The position numbers and the translations under genes are program-made. From Spirulina subsalsa PCC 9445 (lineage in GTDB: Bacteria; Cyanobacteriota; Cyanobacteriia; Cyanobacteriales; Spirulinaceae), in NCBI RefSeq assembly GCF_000314005.1, contig NZ_JH980292.1, positions 796,530-860,529 on the forward strand: a stretch of 64,000 nucleotides of DNA, given 5' to 3'. This document shows, one piece after another, positions 8,769 through 17,234 of this stretch (positions are counted from its first letter, which is position 1; the number at the start of each line of letters is the position of its first letter). The notes under the pieces were generated by a model. It searched no databases. It saw nothing but the letters and a program-made list of their open reading frames with translations, and was not told the DNA's origin.

Positions 8769-9761
8769 TCAGTGCAGATGTTGCAACGCCGTCAGGGTGT
8801 CTTCATTCACCCCCATTTGTTCCACAAAAGGCTCCAGAAAAGCCCCATTGGAATCATCCCGTTGCACCGCCACCGCTTGGTTTAAATCCGGCACCGTGGC
8901 GATTTGATTCTCTGCTACCCACTGGTTATATTCCTCTTGGGTGTGAACAATCACCTCCGTCCGCATCGCACCGTGATAGGCCCCGCACAACTCCGCACAG
9001 ACGACGGGATAATGTCCCGTTTGAGTCGCCACAAAGCGCAATAGGGTTTTCTCTCCCGGAATGGCATCTTGTTTAATGCGGAACTGGGGCAACCAGAACG
9101 AATGAATCACATCTTGGGCTTCAATACTTAGCTGGACATCTTTCCCCACAGGAACATGGAGTTCCCCCGCTACAATCCCGGTGTCAGGATAGTTAAACAG
9201 CCAAGCGTATTGAATCCCGGTGACATTAACGGTTAAATCTGGGGGTAACTTCCCCTCTACCGGGGTGGCTCCGATGCCATATTCTCGGTTATCTCCTTGA
9301 GCCATCAATAAATTAGCTTCACTGCCGGGTAAACTAGCAATCTCAACAGAATGATGGCTGTGATTGTGGGCAAGGCCAGACCCAATGGCATCAAATCCCC
9401 CCATTTGGCTATAGACATCCACGCTGTAGATGCCTAAACCAATCACAAGAAAAGCCGGAATAGCCGTCCAAAAAATTTCTAGGGGTAAGTTTCCCTCCAC
9501 ATAAGGCGCATCGGTTTCATCCCCCTTTTTGTGCCGAAATTTAATCATGGTGAAGAGAATCGCCCCTTCTACTAATAAAAAGAGGGCTGTCCCAATTGTT
9601 ACCATCACTTGAAAAAAATCATCCACTAAGGGGGCTTGTTCCGAGACTTGTTCCGGTAATAGACCATTATTTTGACCATACCAAAAACTAATCCCGGTGA
9701 CGGCAATCCCCAAGGTTAATGTAATCAGTGAAATGGGAACGGTTTCTTTTTCTTTTGCCAT
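8769..9761 (-). CDS. ctaC: Cytochrome c oxidase subunit II
   Basis: CuA-site motif CAELCGAYHGAM and HSFWLPQF. Two N-terminal TM helices. Upstream of ctaD. Confidence 0.9.
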   Translation of the reverse strand: MAKEKETVPISLITLTLGIAVTGISFWYGQNNGLLPEQVSEQAPLVDDFFQVMVTIGTALFLLVEGAILFTMIKFRHKKGDETDAPYVEGNLPLEIFWTAIPAFLVIGLGIYSVDVYSQMGGFDAIGSGLAHNHSHHSVEIASLPGSEANLLMAQGDNREYGIGATPVEGKLPPDLTVNVTGIQYAWLFNYPDTGIVAGELHVPVGKDVQLSIEAQDVIHSFWLPQFRIKQDAIPGEKTLLRFVATQTGHYPVVCAELCGAYHGAMRTEVIVHTQEEYNQWVAENQIATVPDLNQAVAVQRDDSNGAFLEPFVEQMGVNEDTLTALQHLH

Positions 9762-10220
9762 ATCGTCGTTGACCTCTGGTAATCATCTAATGTAGCCACT
9801 ATTTCCCATGTAAACACTGAGTTAAGGGAAAGTGCGGCAAAATTCTACATTTTTTCATAACTGTTCCCGATAGCCGTTACATCAATCAATCCCCAACCAA
9901 TCAATCTCAAACCGATCAATCTTTGATGGGTTGGTATTTAATGGTTCTGTCAAGGCATTGTAGCGTATCTCCTCGATTTGCAACTTGTCAGGACTCACAA
10001 ATTGCCATGAAATCTCTAAATCTGAATTTTGTATTAAAAAACAACAATAATTCTCGAAAAAATATTATATTTTCTTTAGATTTGCGGCGGGGTGATGGGT
10101 TAAATCAGTGCATCCCAACGGTTCAAACCTGCCAGAATTTTCTGGAATCAAGCCCCGTGGCGTTGGATCTATGCCCAATGGCGATATGACATTCACTCTG
10201 AATCCAAGGGAGACAAGCCG

Positions 10221-12119
10221 ATGCTCGAAGGATGGTTAGATTGGCTGGGAGACAGGAATCCCCAACTGTTCCGGGAACTCAAAGGTCGTTTAAAACCCCG
10301 TAACATCCTGTTGGCCGTGGGGGCTTCCTTGATGGGGCAATTGTTGCTGGTCTTACTGGCATGGCAACGCTTTGAGAACTTCATCCATAACGTTCAACAA
10401 GACTCCGCCTATTGTCAGGCAAGTAGTCCCGCGCTGCATCAACTGATAGACCTGAATCGACAGAATCAAATTTTAACGGAGAAACTGAATCAAGCTTACG
10501 GCATCATGGAGGCAGATCAGGCGACCATCAATGCCTTATCGGCTCAACTGGGGGAAGTCCAAGAGCAAATTCAACAACTGGCGGCTCCTTGTCCTCCTGA
10601 GAGTATTAATACCGTCCTGTGGTGGGTTGATCAGACTCCCAGTTACTTTGCGACGTTAACCCTCATTAGTTTAGTCATCCTGTTGGTGGGGGGGGTTTAT
10701 CTGCTGATTCAAAATCTGGAACAGGAAGAGAAAAAAGGCACCCTCACCTTTCTCCGTTTGTGTCCCCAATCCACGCCGCAATTAATGCTAGGTAAGTTGC
10801 TGGGGGTGCCGATTGTATTGTACTTCGCGCTGGCTTGTGCCTTACCCCTTCATGTTGGGTTAGCCCAACTTTCTGGGATTCCCTTGGGGGTGTTATTGCT
10901 GTTTTATGGGGTGTGTATAGCGGGGTGTGGTTTCTTCCTGACGGGAGGGATCTTAGTGGGTTTATTGACTCAGACCTTGCAGCAGGTGGGGTTCAAGGGG
11001 TTTCAGGCTATTGGTGGGGCTTTTGGGATGGCGATCGCACTGAGTTCTCTGTTCGGTGCCCTAATGGACTACCAACCCGAACCCAGCGCTATGATGATCT
11101 TCCATCTTTTAAATCCCTTTGCTTGGTGTCATGCCTTGATGCCGCAAGCCTTCAGTTTCTTTAATTCAACCTCATCATGGTTCGATCCGACCCTCTCAGG
11201 AGACACCCCCCAAACCTTTTTAAGGATGCTCCATTTTTATCGTCTCCCCATTGGGTCTAATCCGCTCCTGCTAGCCCTCTTTTTGATCGCCAATGCTCTA
11301 TTCTGGAGAAAATGGTTAGGTGGCATGATTGAGCGTTGTTTCCGCAATCCTAACGGCAGTTTATTGAGTAAGCGTCAATGGTATGGCTTGATGCTGTCAT
11401 TTCAGATCATCTTTTTAGGGTTAGTTTTAGTACCGAGAGGGGTTTCTGAGGGGGATTTATACTTAGATGATTTATTTTGGACATTTTTCCTGCTAATCCT
11501 GATCAACACCTTCTTGTTAGTGTGGGCTATTTTAACCCTCACCCCACGACGACAAACCGCCATAGATTGGGCGCGCTATCATCATCAAAAGAGTAACACT
11601 GGGCTAGTGGAGTGGTTAGAAGGAGAAAAAAGTCCGGCATTAGGGGCGATCGCACTTTTACTCCTCATCGCCGCCATCTTCTTCCTCCCTTGGCTGTGGC
11701 TCATGTCTCATCATATCTCCCTCGTCGCTAATCCCAACGTTGCCCCCAAACTCCTAGTCCTCGTCGCAGGGGTTGCCTTTTATGGCTTGTGGCTGCTGAT
11801 TTACGCCAGCATCACCCAACATATTTTTCTCTTCTCCTTCAAACAACCCCATCTTTGGGCATTTGTGGTCAATAGCAGTATTTTCTTCTTCCCTCCCCTG
11901 CTCCTCACCATCTTGGAATCCCAAAACAATTGGTCTGATAATCGGGGGATTTGGCAGTTTTCCTCCTTACCTTGGGTTTACTTAGATTCAGCCAGTCCTT
12001 TAACCCTTGGCTTATCTTTACTGACCCATACCTTAATCGCGGCCGTTTTAGCCCAAGTATCCCTCTCCCGTATCCGTTACCTCGGAAAATCCACCACCCA
12101 AACTCTGTTAAATCGATGA
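10221..12119 (+). CDS. Hypothetical polytopic membrane protein. It has an N-terminal cytoplasmic coiled-coil of about 130 aa and at least 10 predicted TM helices.
   Basis: Hydrophobicity pattern of the translation. No recognisable family. Confidence 0.45.
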   Translation: MLEGWLDWLGDRNPQLFRELKGRLKPRNILLAVGASLMGQLLLVLLAWQRFENFIHNVQQDSAYCQASSPALHQLIDLNRQNQILTEKLNQAYGIMEADQATINALSAQLGEVQEQIQQLAAPCPPESINTVLWWVDQTPSYFATLTLISLVILLVGGVYLLIQNLEQEEKKGTLTFLRLCPQSTPQLMLGKLLGVPIVLYFALACALPLHVGLAQLSGIPLGVLLLFYGVCIAGCGFFLTGGILVGLLTQTLQQVGFKGFQAIGGAFGMAIALSSLFGALMDYQPEPSAMMIFHLLNPFAWCHALMPQAFSFFNSTSSWFDPTLSGDTPQTFLRMLHFYRLPIGSNPLLLALFLIANALFWRKWLGGMIERCFRNPNGSLLSKRQWYGLMLSFQIIFLGLVLVPRGVSEGDLYLDDLFWTFFLLILINTFLLVWAILTLTPRRQTAIDWARYHHQKSNTGLVEWLEGEKSPALGAIALLLLIAAIFFLPWLWLMSHHISLVANPNVAPKLLVLVAGVAFYGLWLLIYASITQHIFLFSFKQPHLWAFVVNSSIFFFPPLLLTILESQNNWSDNRGIWQFSSLPWVYLDSASPLTLGLSLLTHTLIAAVLAQVSLSRIRYLGKSTTQTLLNR

Positions 12120-12205
12120 GGGTCTTTTATTTGAACAAAAATAGCGACGCCCCCCCACTTTGCACCCTCGCACGTGGGAAGAACGTCATCTGAAAAAGCG
12201 GTCTA

Positions 12206-12241
12206 GTCATTGAACCTCCCATCGCTGAAAGCGAGGGATTC
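12206..12241. repeat. Copy 1 of a 36-nt hairpin-containing motif GWCATTGAMMCTCCCRTCGCTRAAAGCGAGGGATTC
   Basis: Near-identical to 20600-20635. The core stem is CGCT-GAA-AGCG. Confidence 0.5.
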
Positions 12242-12260
12242 CCATATAGACTCTTATCTA

Positions 12261-12420
12261 GGGTCTGCTGAATAACACCAGATGCTAGGCTCAACAAGGG
12301 AACAGGGAACTCTTAACAGGGAACAGATTATCTAAAACTGGCACGATTGCCTATTCCCGACTCCCGACTCCCGACTCCCGACTCCCGATTCCCCAACTCT
12401 CGGACTTATTCAGCAAGCCC
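12261..12420. mobile_element. MITE-like element, copy 1 (160 bp). Terminal inverted repeats are GGGTCTGCTGAATAA and TTATTCAGCAAGCCC. It carries internal (CGGGAGT)x4.5 and GGGAACA units and is flanked by TATCTA on both sides.
   Basis: Its reverse complement is about 95% identical to 22818-22999 apart from heptamer copy number. TIRs and a 6-bp flanking duplication were read directly. Confidence 0.7.
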
Positions 12421-12423
12421 TAT

Positions 12424-12642
12424 CTAGACCGAAGTCCCCGACAGAACGCCATTACTGGGCTGTTTGACCACGGGCGCACCGACCGCAGTTAATCCGCGCT
12501 GTTTTACGATCATTGAAGCAGCAACATCCCGATCCACGGTGTAGCCACATTCAGAGCAAGAGTGAACCCTTTGAGAGAGTTCTTTCTGACCTGTATGGGT
12601 TCCACATTCAGGACAAACTTGAGAGGTATAGTCTGGAATAAC
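12424..12642 (-). pseudogene. Remnant of an IS200/IS605-family TnpB (OrfB): the C-terminal zinc-finger region only, about 60 codons
   Basis: The minus-strand translation VIPDYTSQVCPECGTHTGQKELSQRVHSCSECGYTVDRDVAASMIVKQRGLTAVG matches the conserved TnpB C-terminus (YTSQ.C..CG...R...C..CG...DRD.NAA.NI). There is no upstream RuvC-like region because it is truncated by repeats. Confidence 0.65.
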
Positions 12643-12665
12643 TAAAACTCCTACCTATTACCTAA

Positions 12666-12690
12666 CCTTAACAAGTTAAACTTGTTAAGG
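12666..12690. repeat. Perfect 12-bp-arm inverted repeat CCTTAACAAGTT-a-AACTTGTTAAGG between the hcp stop and the TnpB remnant
   Basis: Read directly. No flanking U-run on either strand, so it is not a canonical intrinsic terminator. It could be a subterminal IS structure or a binding site. Confidence 0.4.
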
Positions 12691-12705
12691 TTGGGGAAGC
12701 CCTAA

Positions 12706-14358
12706 CTAAACCCCAAGACAAGCGGCTAAATCTGCCTCGGGTGTGGTAATGGCTTGCAGATGATAATGATCCGACAACAACTTAAACACATTGGGCGAAA
12801 TAAACGCAGGTAACGTCGGACCCAGACGAATGTTTTTAATCCCCAAATACAACAGCGTTAATAAAACCGCCACCGCTTTTTGTTCATACCAAGATAAAAT
12901 CATGGATAAGGGCAAATCATTCACCCCCACCTCAAACGCATTAGCGAGTCCCAAAGCAATTTGAATAGCAGAATAGGCATCATTGCACTGTCCCACATCC
13001 ATTAAGCGGGGTAATTCACCAATTTGACCTAAATTTTTGTCAAAAAAGCGGAACTTCCCACAAGCTAGGGTTAAAACAATACAATCCTCCGGCACTTTTT
13101 CCACAAATTCGGTGTAGTAACTGCGTCCCGGTTTCGCCCCGTCACAACCGCCGACTAAGAAGAAATGACGGATTTTTCCTTGTTTGACGGCTTCAATCAC
13201 CGTATCGGCAACACTTAAAACCGTATTGTGAGCAAATCCTACCATCACGTGACGGGCTTCTGATTCTTCCGTAAAACCAGAGAGACTATTCGCTTTTTCA
13301 ACCACGGGACTATAGTCTACATTCCCTTGTTCGTCAGCCGCTAAATAGTTAAGACCCGGATAACCCACAGGCCCCACCGTAAACAGTTTTTCCTCGTAGG
13401 TTTCATGGGGCGGCATTAGACAATTTGTTGTGACAACAATTGCCCCGGGGAAACGGTGAAAATCTTTCGTTTGGTTCTGCCATGCTGTGCCGTAATGGCC
13501 ATAAAAATGGGCATACTTTTCTTTTAAACGGGGATAACCATGAGCGGGTAAAAGTTCCCCATGGGTGTAAACGGTTAACCCTGTGTTAGCGGTTTGTTCG
13601 AGAATGGCTGAGAGTTGTTTAATATCATGACCTGACACTAAAATGGCTTTACCTAATCGGGGATTCAGGGGGACAGAGGTAGGGGTAGGATGACCATAGG
13701 TGCTAGTGTGTCCCTGATCTAAAAGTTCCATCGCCCGCAGGTTAATTTCTCCGACTTTAAGGGCTAAATCTACCCAATCGGGTAAACCTAAATCATCCCG
13801 ATCAATAGCGGCTAAGGCTTCATGAATGAAGGTATAAACCGCATCATCTTCTTGCCCTAATTCGTAAGCATGGAAGGTATAAGAGGCTGCCCCTTTAATG
13901 CCGTAGATAACCGTCAGTTTTAAGGAAAATACATCAATGTTGTGATCAATTTGACTCAGAAATGGTAAAGCGGCTTCCTGCCCTTGGGTCACTAAGCTTT
14001 CATCCCAATTGGGTTGATAATTGGAGAGTTCTGACCACTGGGCATTTTCCGGGCTAAGGGCTTTAATTTGTGCCTTGAGTTGTTCCCGTTTTTCAATACA
14101 TTGCTGAATGTAATTTGTAAAGCGTTTGCTATTAAAGTTAACATTCGTCATGGTAGCAAATAGGGACTCACAGGTAAACACATCTAAATCGTGAGTATTA
14201 ATGCCCAATTTTTTGGCGGTTAAAACAATGGGAGCAACTCCTCGCAAACAATAGACTAAAATATCTTGAGTGGTGTTGACTTCAGGACTCTTTCCACAAG
14301 CTCCCCATTGATGACAACCGTCTCCACTCGCGGTTTGTTCACATTGTTCGCAAAACAT
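12706..14358 (-). CDS. hcp: Hybrid cluster protein (hydroxylamine reductase)
   Basis: N-terminal Cys cluster MFCEQCEQTASGDGCHQWGACGK. At 550 aa the length and overall sequence are typical of Hcp. Confidence 0.9.
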   Translation of the reverse strand: MFCEQCEQTASGDGCHQWGACGKSPEVNTTQDILVYCLRGVAPIVLTAKKLGINTHDLDVFTCESLFATMTNVNFNSKRFTNYIQQCIEKREQLKAQIKALSPENAQWSELSNYQPNWDESLVTQGQEAALPFLSQIDHNIDVFSLKLTVIYGIKGAASYTFHAYELGQEDDAVYTFIHEALAAIDRDDLGLPDWVDLALKVGEINLRAMELLDQGHTSTYGHPTPTSVPLNPRLGKAILVSGHDIKQLSAILEQTANTGLTVYTHGELLPAHGYPRLKEKYAHFYGHYGTAWQNQTKDFHRFPGAIVVTTNCLMPPHETYEEKLFTVGPVGYPGLNYLAADEQGNVDYSPVVEKANSLSGFTEESEARHVMVGFAHNTVLSVADTVIEAVKQGKIRHFFLVGGCDGAKPGRSYYTEFVEKVPEDCIVLTLACGKFRFFDKNLGQIGELPRLMDVGQCNDAYSAIQIALGLANAFEVGVNDLPLSMILSWYEQKAVAVLLTLLYLGIKNIRLGPTLPAFISPNVFKLLSDHYHLQAITTPEADLAACLGV

Positions 14359-14593
14359 AGTTTTTGTCCTTTTCGTTGAGTATATATGCTTAAGATTGAC
14401 CTATTTTTCACTTGAATACACTTGAGGGCGCAATCTTAAAGAAGTTGAAGCAAAATTTAGAGAAACTGCTGCTTTTTTTCGCTGGGAATGTATAGCCGAC
14501 TAAGGTTTATTGTAGTTGTTTTGATAGAGGATTTGCGGCAATATTTGCTAAATATTCTTTAAATTCGTTTAAGTTTAGTAAAGTTAGGGGTAA

Positions 14594-15184
14594 CTACCCC
14601 TGAGTGCGGTCGAAGAGGGCTAACCAGAGCCGCCGATGTCCATTTACGGCACTATAAAAAAGTAAATCAATTAACAGTTTAAAACTGAGATCCCTTAAGG
14701 CATCTGGGGTCAGATCCTCATCATTGCCCCGGCGCTCTAAATAAGTGTTGCTGAAGGTGTCAACATAATCCCCAAGTAATGCCACCCGGCAGGGATCTTG
14801 TTCTTGGGCGGTCATTTGTTCTAATAGCATGATCCCCCGTCGGACTAATTCTTGCTCTTGGTGGGCGAGATGGCAAATCACGAGGACGAGGGCGCGGGCT
14901 TCTTCTACGTCGAGCTTTTTCCGCCCCCCGGAACTTTTGCGTTCGGGGTTGGATTGCCGCAAGCGCCACAGGGCTACGCGATCGCCAATTAAATGTTCTA
15001 GCTTAAAATAGGCGACAGCTTGAAGAATCTCTTTAGAACCGATCCCAGAGAGAGATTCTAGGGCAAGGAGAAGTAAATCTAGGTGGGTTTTAATGTTGTC
15101 CAGTTGTCCCGCACTGGGGGAGGACTGGAGGGAAAGTTCTTCCCAAGGGGAAGTCGGGGAGGACTGCTCAACAGTAGAGTACAT
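14594..15184 (-). CDS. Hypothetical protein (196 aa), 4 bp downstream of the REC-GGDEF-EAL gene and probably co-transcribed with it
   Basis: ORF with no recognised family. The tight spacing suggests an operon. Confidence 0.4.
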   Translation of the reverse strand: MYSTVEQSSPTSPWEELSLQSSPSAGQLDNIKTHLDLLLLALESLSGIGSKEILQAVAYFKLEHLIGDRVALWRLRQSNPERKSSGGRKKLDVEEARALVLVICHLAHQEQELVRRGIMLLEQMTAQEQDPCRVALLGDYVDTFSNTYLERRGNDEDLTPDALRDLSFKLLIDLLFYSAVNGHRRLWLALFDRTQG

Positions 15185-15188
15185 GGCT

Positions 15189-17057
15189 TTATTTGAGAGA
15201 ACAGGCTAGAGTTCCTTGGAGGAATTCTGTCGCATTTTCAAGGGTTAGGGGTTTGGCAAATAAATAACCTTGTCCTAAGTCACAATTCATGGTTTGTAAT
15301 TGGGCGAGTTGCGCGGGGGTTTCTATGCCTTCTGCAACAACGGTCATGTTTAAATTACGCGCTAGGGTGAGAATATTCTGGACAATGGCCTGACTTTCTG
15401 ACCCTTCATCAAGACGGTTAATAAAAGAGCGGTCGATTTTCAGGGTGGTTACGGGTAGATTATGCAGACGACTGAGGGAGGAATATCCGGTGCCGAAGTC
15501 ATCGATACAAAGTTCAATACCTAAATCTGCAATTCGCCGCAAGCTGTGCATTCCTTCGGCGGTGGTCGCCCAGAAACCTGTTTCTGTAATTTCTAGTTTT
15601 ATAGCGGCTCGACTTCCTTCTTGAAGATAGTCTGACCAATTGATTTGTTCCAACGCTTCTAAACATTGACGATGGACGTTAGAAATATTAACGTTCATTG
15701 TCAAGCTGGCTGCATTTTTAAACTGTTGCTGCCATTTTTGCAGTTGTTGACTGGCGGTTTTTAATGCCCAGATATCGAGTTTATGAATGAGTCCAATTTC
15801 TTCGGCAATGGGAATAAATTTATTGGGAAATAGTAAGCCTTTTGTGGGATGATGCCAGCGAATTAAGCTCTCAAAACCGACAATTTTAAGGGTCGATAAA
15901 CAAATAATCGGTTGATAGTGTAAACAAAATTGTTCTTGTTCTAAACCTGTTCTTAAGTCGGTTTCAATTTGAATCCGTTCTAGGGTTTGGGTTTTGAGAT
16001 GAGGGGTCAGGAAGGAATAAGACCCTTTGCGATAGTTTTTGGCATGGTGGAGGGCAAAATCCGCGTCACGCAGGAGTTCCATTGAGTTTGGATAGAGATC
16101 CACTTTGGGAATAATGCCCAGACTAGCATTAAGGGCAATGTGATAATGTTCGATATTAAAGGGGCGTTGAATGTCAGCTAGGAGAATTTGTGCGAGGTTT
16201 TCGAGGCTGGCGAGATTGTCATGGGAGCGCAATAATATGACAAATTCATCTCCTCCCAAACGGGCAATACTTTCTGGGGGGGATAAATACCATTGAATGC
16301 GTTCGGCGAGTTGTTTGAGCAGTTGATCTCCGACAAAATGACCGAAGCGCTCATTGACGTTTTTAAAGCGGTCTAAATCTAACAGAAAAATGCTCCAATC
16401 TTCGCCTTTTTCCTGTAACACTCGCTCTAAAGAACCGAGTAACCAAGAACGATTCGGTAAACCTGTTAAGAGGTCATGGGTGGCTTCATAGCGTAGTTGT
16501 TCTTCTTGGTGTTGGAGTCGTTGGAGGGCTTGGGAGAGTTCTTGGGTGCGATCGCCAATTCGTTGTTCTAACTCCTGATTGAGTTGCCTAAGTTGCTCTT
16601 GGGCTGCCTGTTTAGCCGCAATTTCTGTGATTAATTGTTTATTTTGTGCCTGTAATTTTTGTTGCAACCGACTGAGGTTTAGATGCAGTCGTAAACGGCT
16701 TAATACTTCCTCTTGTTGGAAGGGTTTACAAATAAAATCAACGGCTCCGGTGGAGAGTCCTTCTAATTTATGTTGTAAATCTGATAAAGCGGTTAAATAA
16801 ATAACCGGAATGTCTTGGGTTTTGGGATCATCTTTCAGTCTTCGACAGATTTCAAACCCGTTCATTCCGGGCATAGCAATATCCAGTAGAATTAAATCTG
16901 GCTTGATACTTTGTAGTTTCTGTAAAGCCGTTTGACCATTTTGGGCGACCAATACTTTAAATCCAGCTGCTTTTAAGAAGCCCAAGAGAACCCTTAAATT
17001 AATCGGATTATCATCCACCACGAAAATTGTAGCCTTTTCCTCAACTAAGCTATCCAT
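15189..17057 (-). CDS. Response-regulator receiver, coiled coil, GGDEF and EAL domains (c-di-GMP turnover protein)
   Basis: REC N-terminus (VVDDNPINLRVL...D...PGMNGFE), RLGGDEFVILL (GGDEF), and an EAL region with ESLIRW and QGYLF motifs. Confidence 0.85.
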   Translation of the reverse strand: MDSLVEEKATIFVVDDNPINLRVLLGFLKAAGFKVLVAQNGQTALQKLQSIKPDLILLDIAMPGMNGFEICRRLKDDPKTQDIPVIYLTALSDLQHKLEGLSTGAVDFICKPFQQEEVLSRLRLHLNLSRLQQKLQAQNKQLITEIAAKQAAQEQLRQLNQELEQRIGDRTQELSQALQRLQHQEEQLRYEATHDLLTGLPNRSWLLGSLERVLQEKGEDWSIFLLDLDRFKNVNERFGHFVGDQLLKQLAERIQWYLSPPESIARLGGDEFVILLRSHDNLASLENLAQILLADIQRPFNIEHYHIALNASLGIIPKVDLYPNSMELLRDADFALHHAKNYRKGSYSFLTPHLKTQTLERIQIETDLRTGLEQEQFCLHYQPIICLSTLKIVGFESLIRWHHPTKGLLFPNKFIPIAEEIGLIHKLDIWALKTASQQLQKWQQQFKNAASLTMNVNISNVHRQCLEALEQINWSDYLQEGSRAAIKLEITETGFWATTAEGMHSLRRIADLGIELCIDDFGTGYSSLSRLHNLPVTTLKIDRSFINRLDEGSESQAIVQNILTLARNLNMTVVAEGIETPAQLAQLQTMNCDLGQGYLFAKPLTLENATEFLQGTLACSLK

Positions 17058-17234
17058 AGATATTATTAGGGCAGGATCACTGTGGATTCACGCACGGGAT
17101 TCACGCATTCAATGCACGCACTCAATTCACGACCTGTTCTTTGAGGAAATCTAGGTGATCTCAAAACCGGACGATTGGACTGTGGAGATCAGGAATTTAT
17201 TCCTATTTTAGAACATTTTGAGTTTAAGAGCAGT

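Noticed and set aside
12340-12400. Possible CRISPR array, given the regularly spaced CGGGAGT units here and at 22850-22910
   Set aside because: The repeat unit is only 7 bp with no spacers, so it is a microsatellite inside the MITE-like element and not a CRISPR.
14420-14480. NtcA/CRP-type site (GTATAGCCGACTAA) upstream of hcp
   Set aside because: It matches GTA-N8-TAA rather than GTA-N8-TAC, a single half-site mismatch. Without a proper -10 spacing check this is too weak to call.
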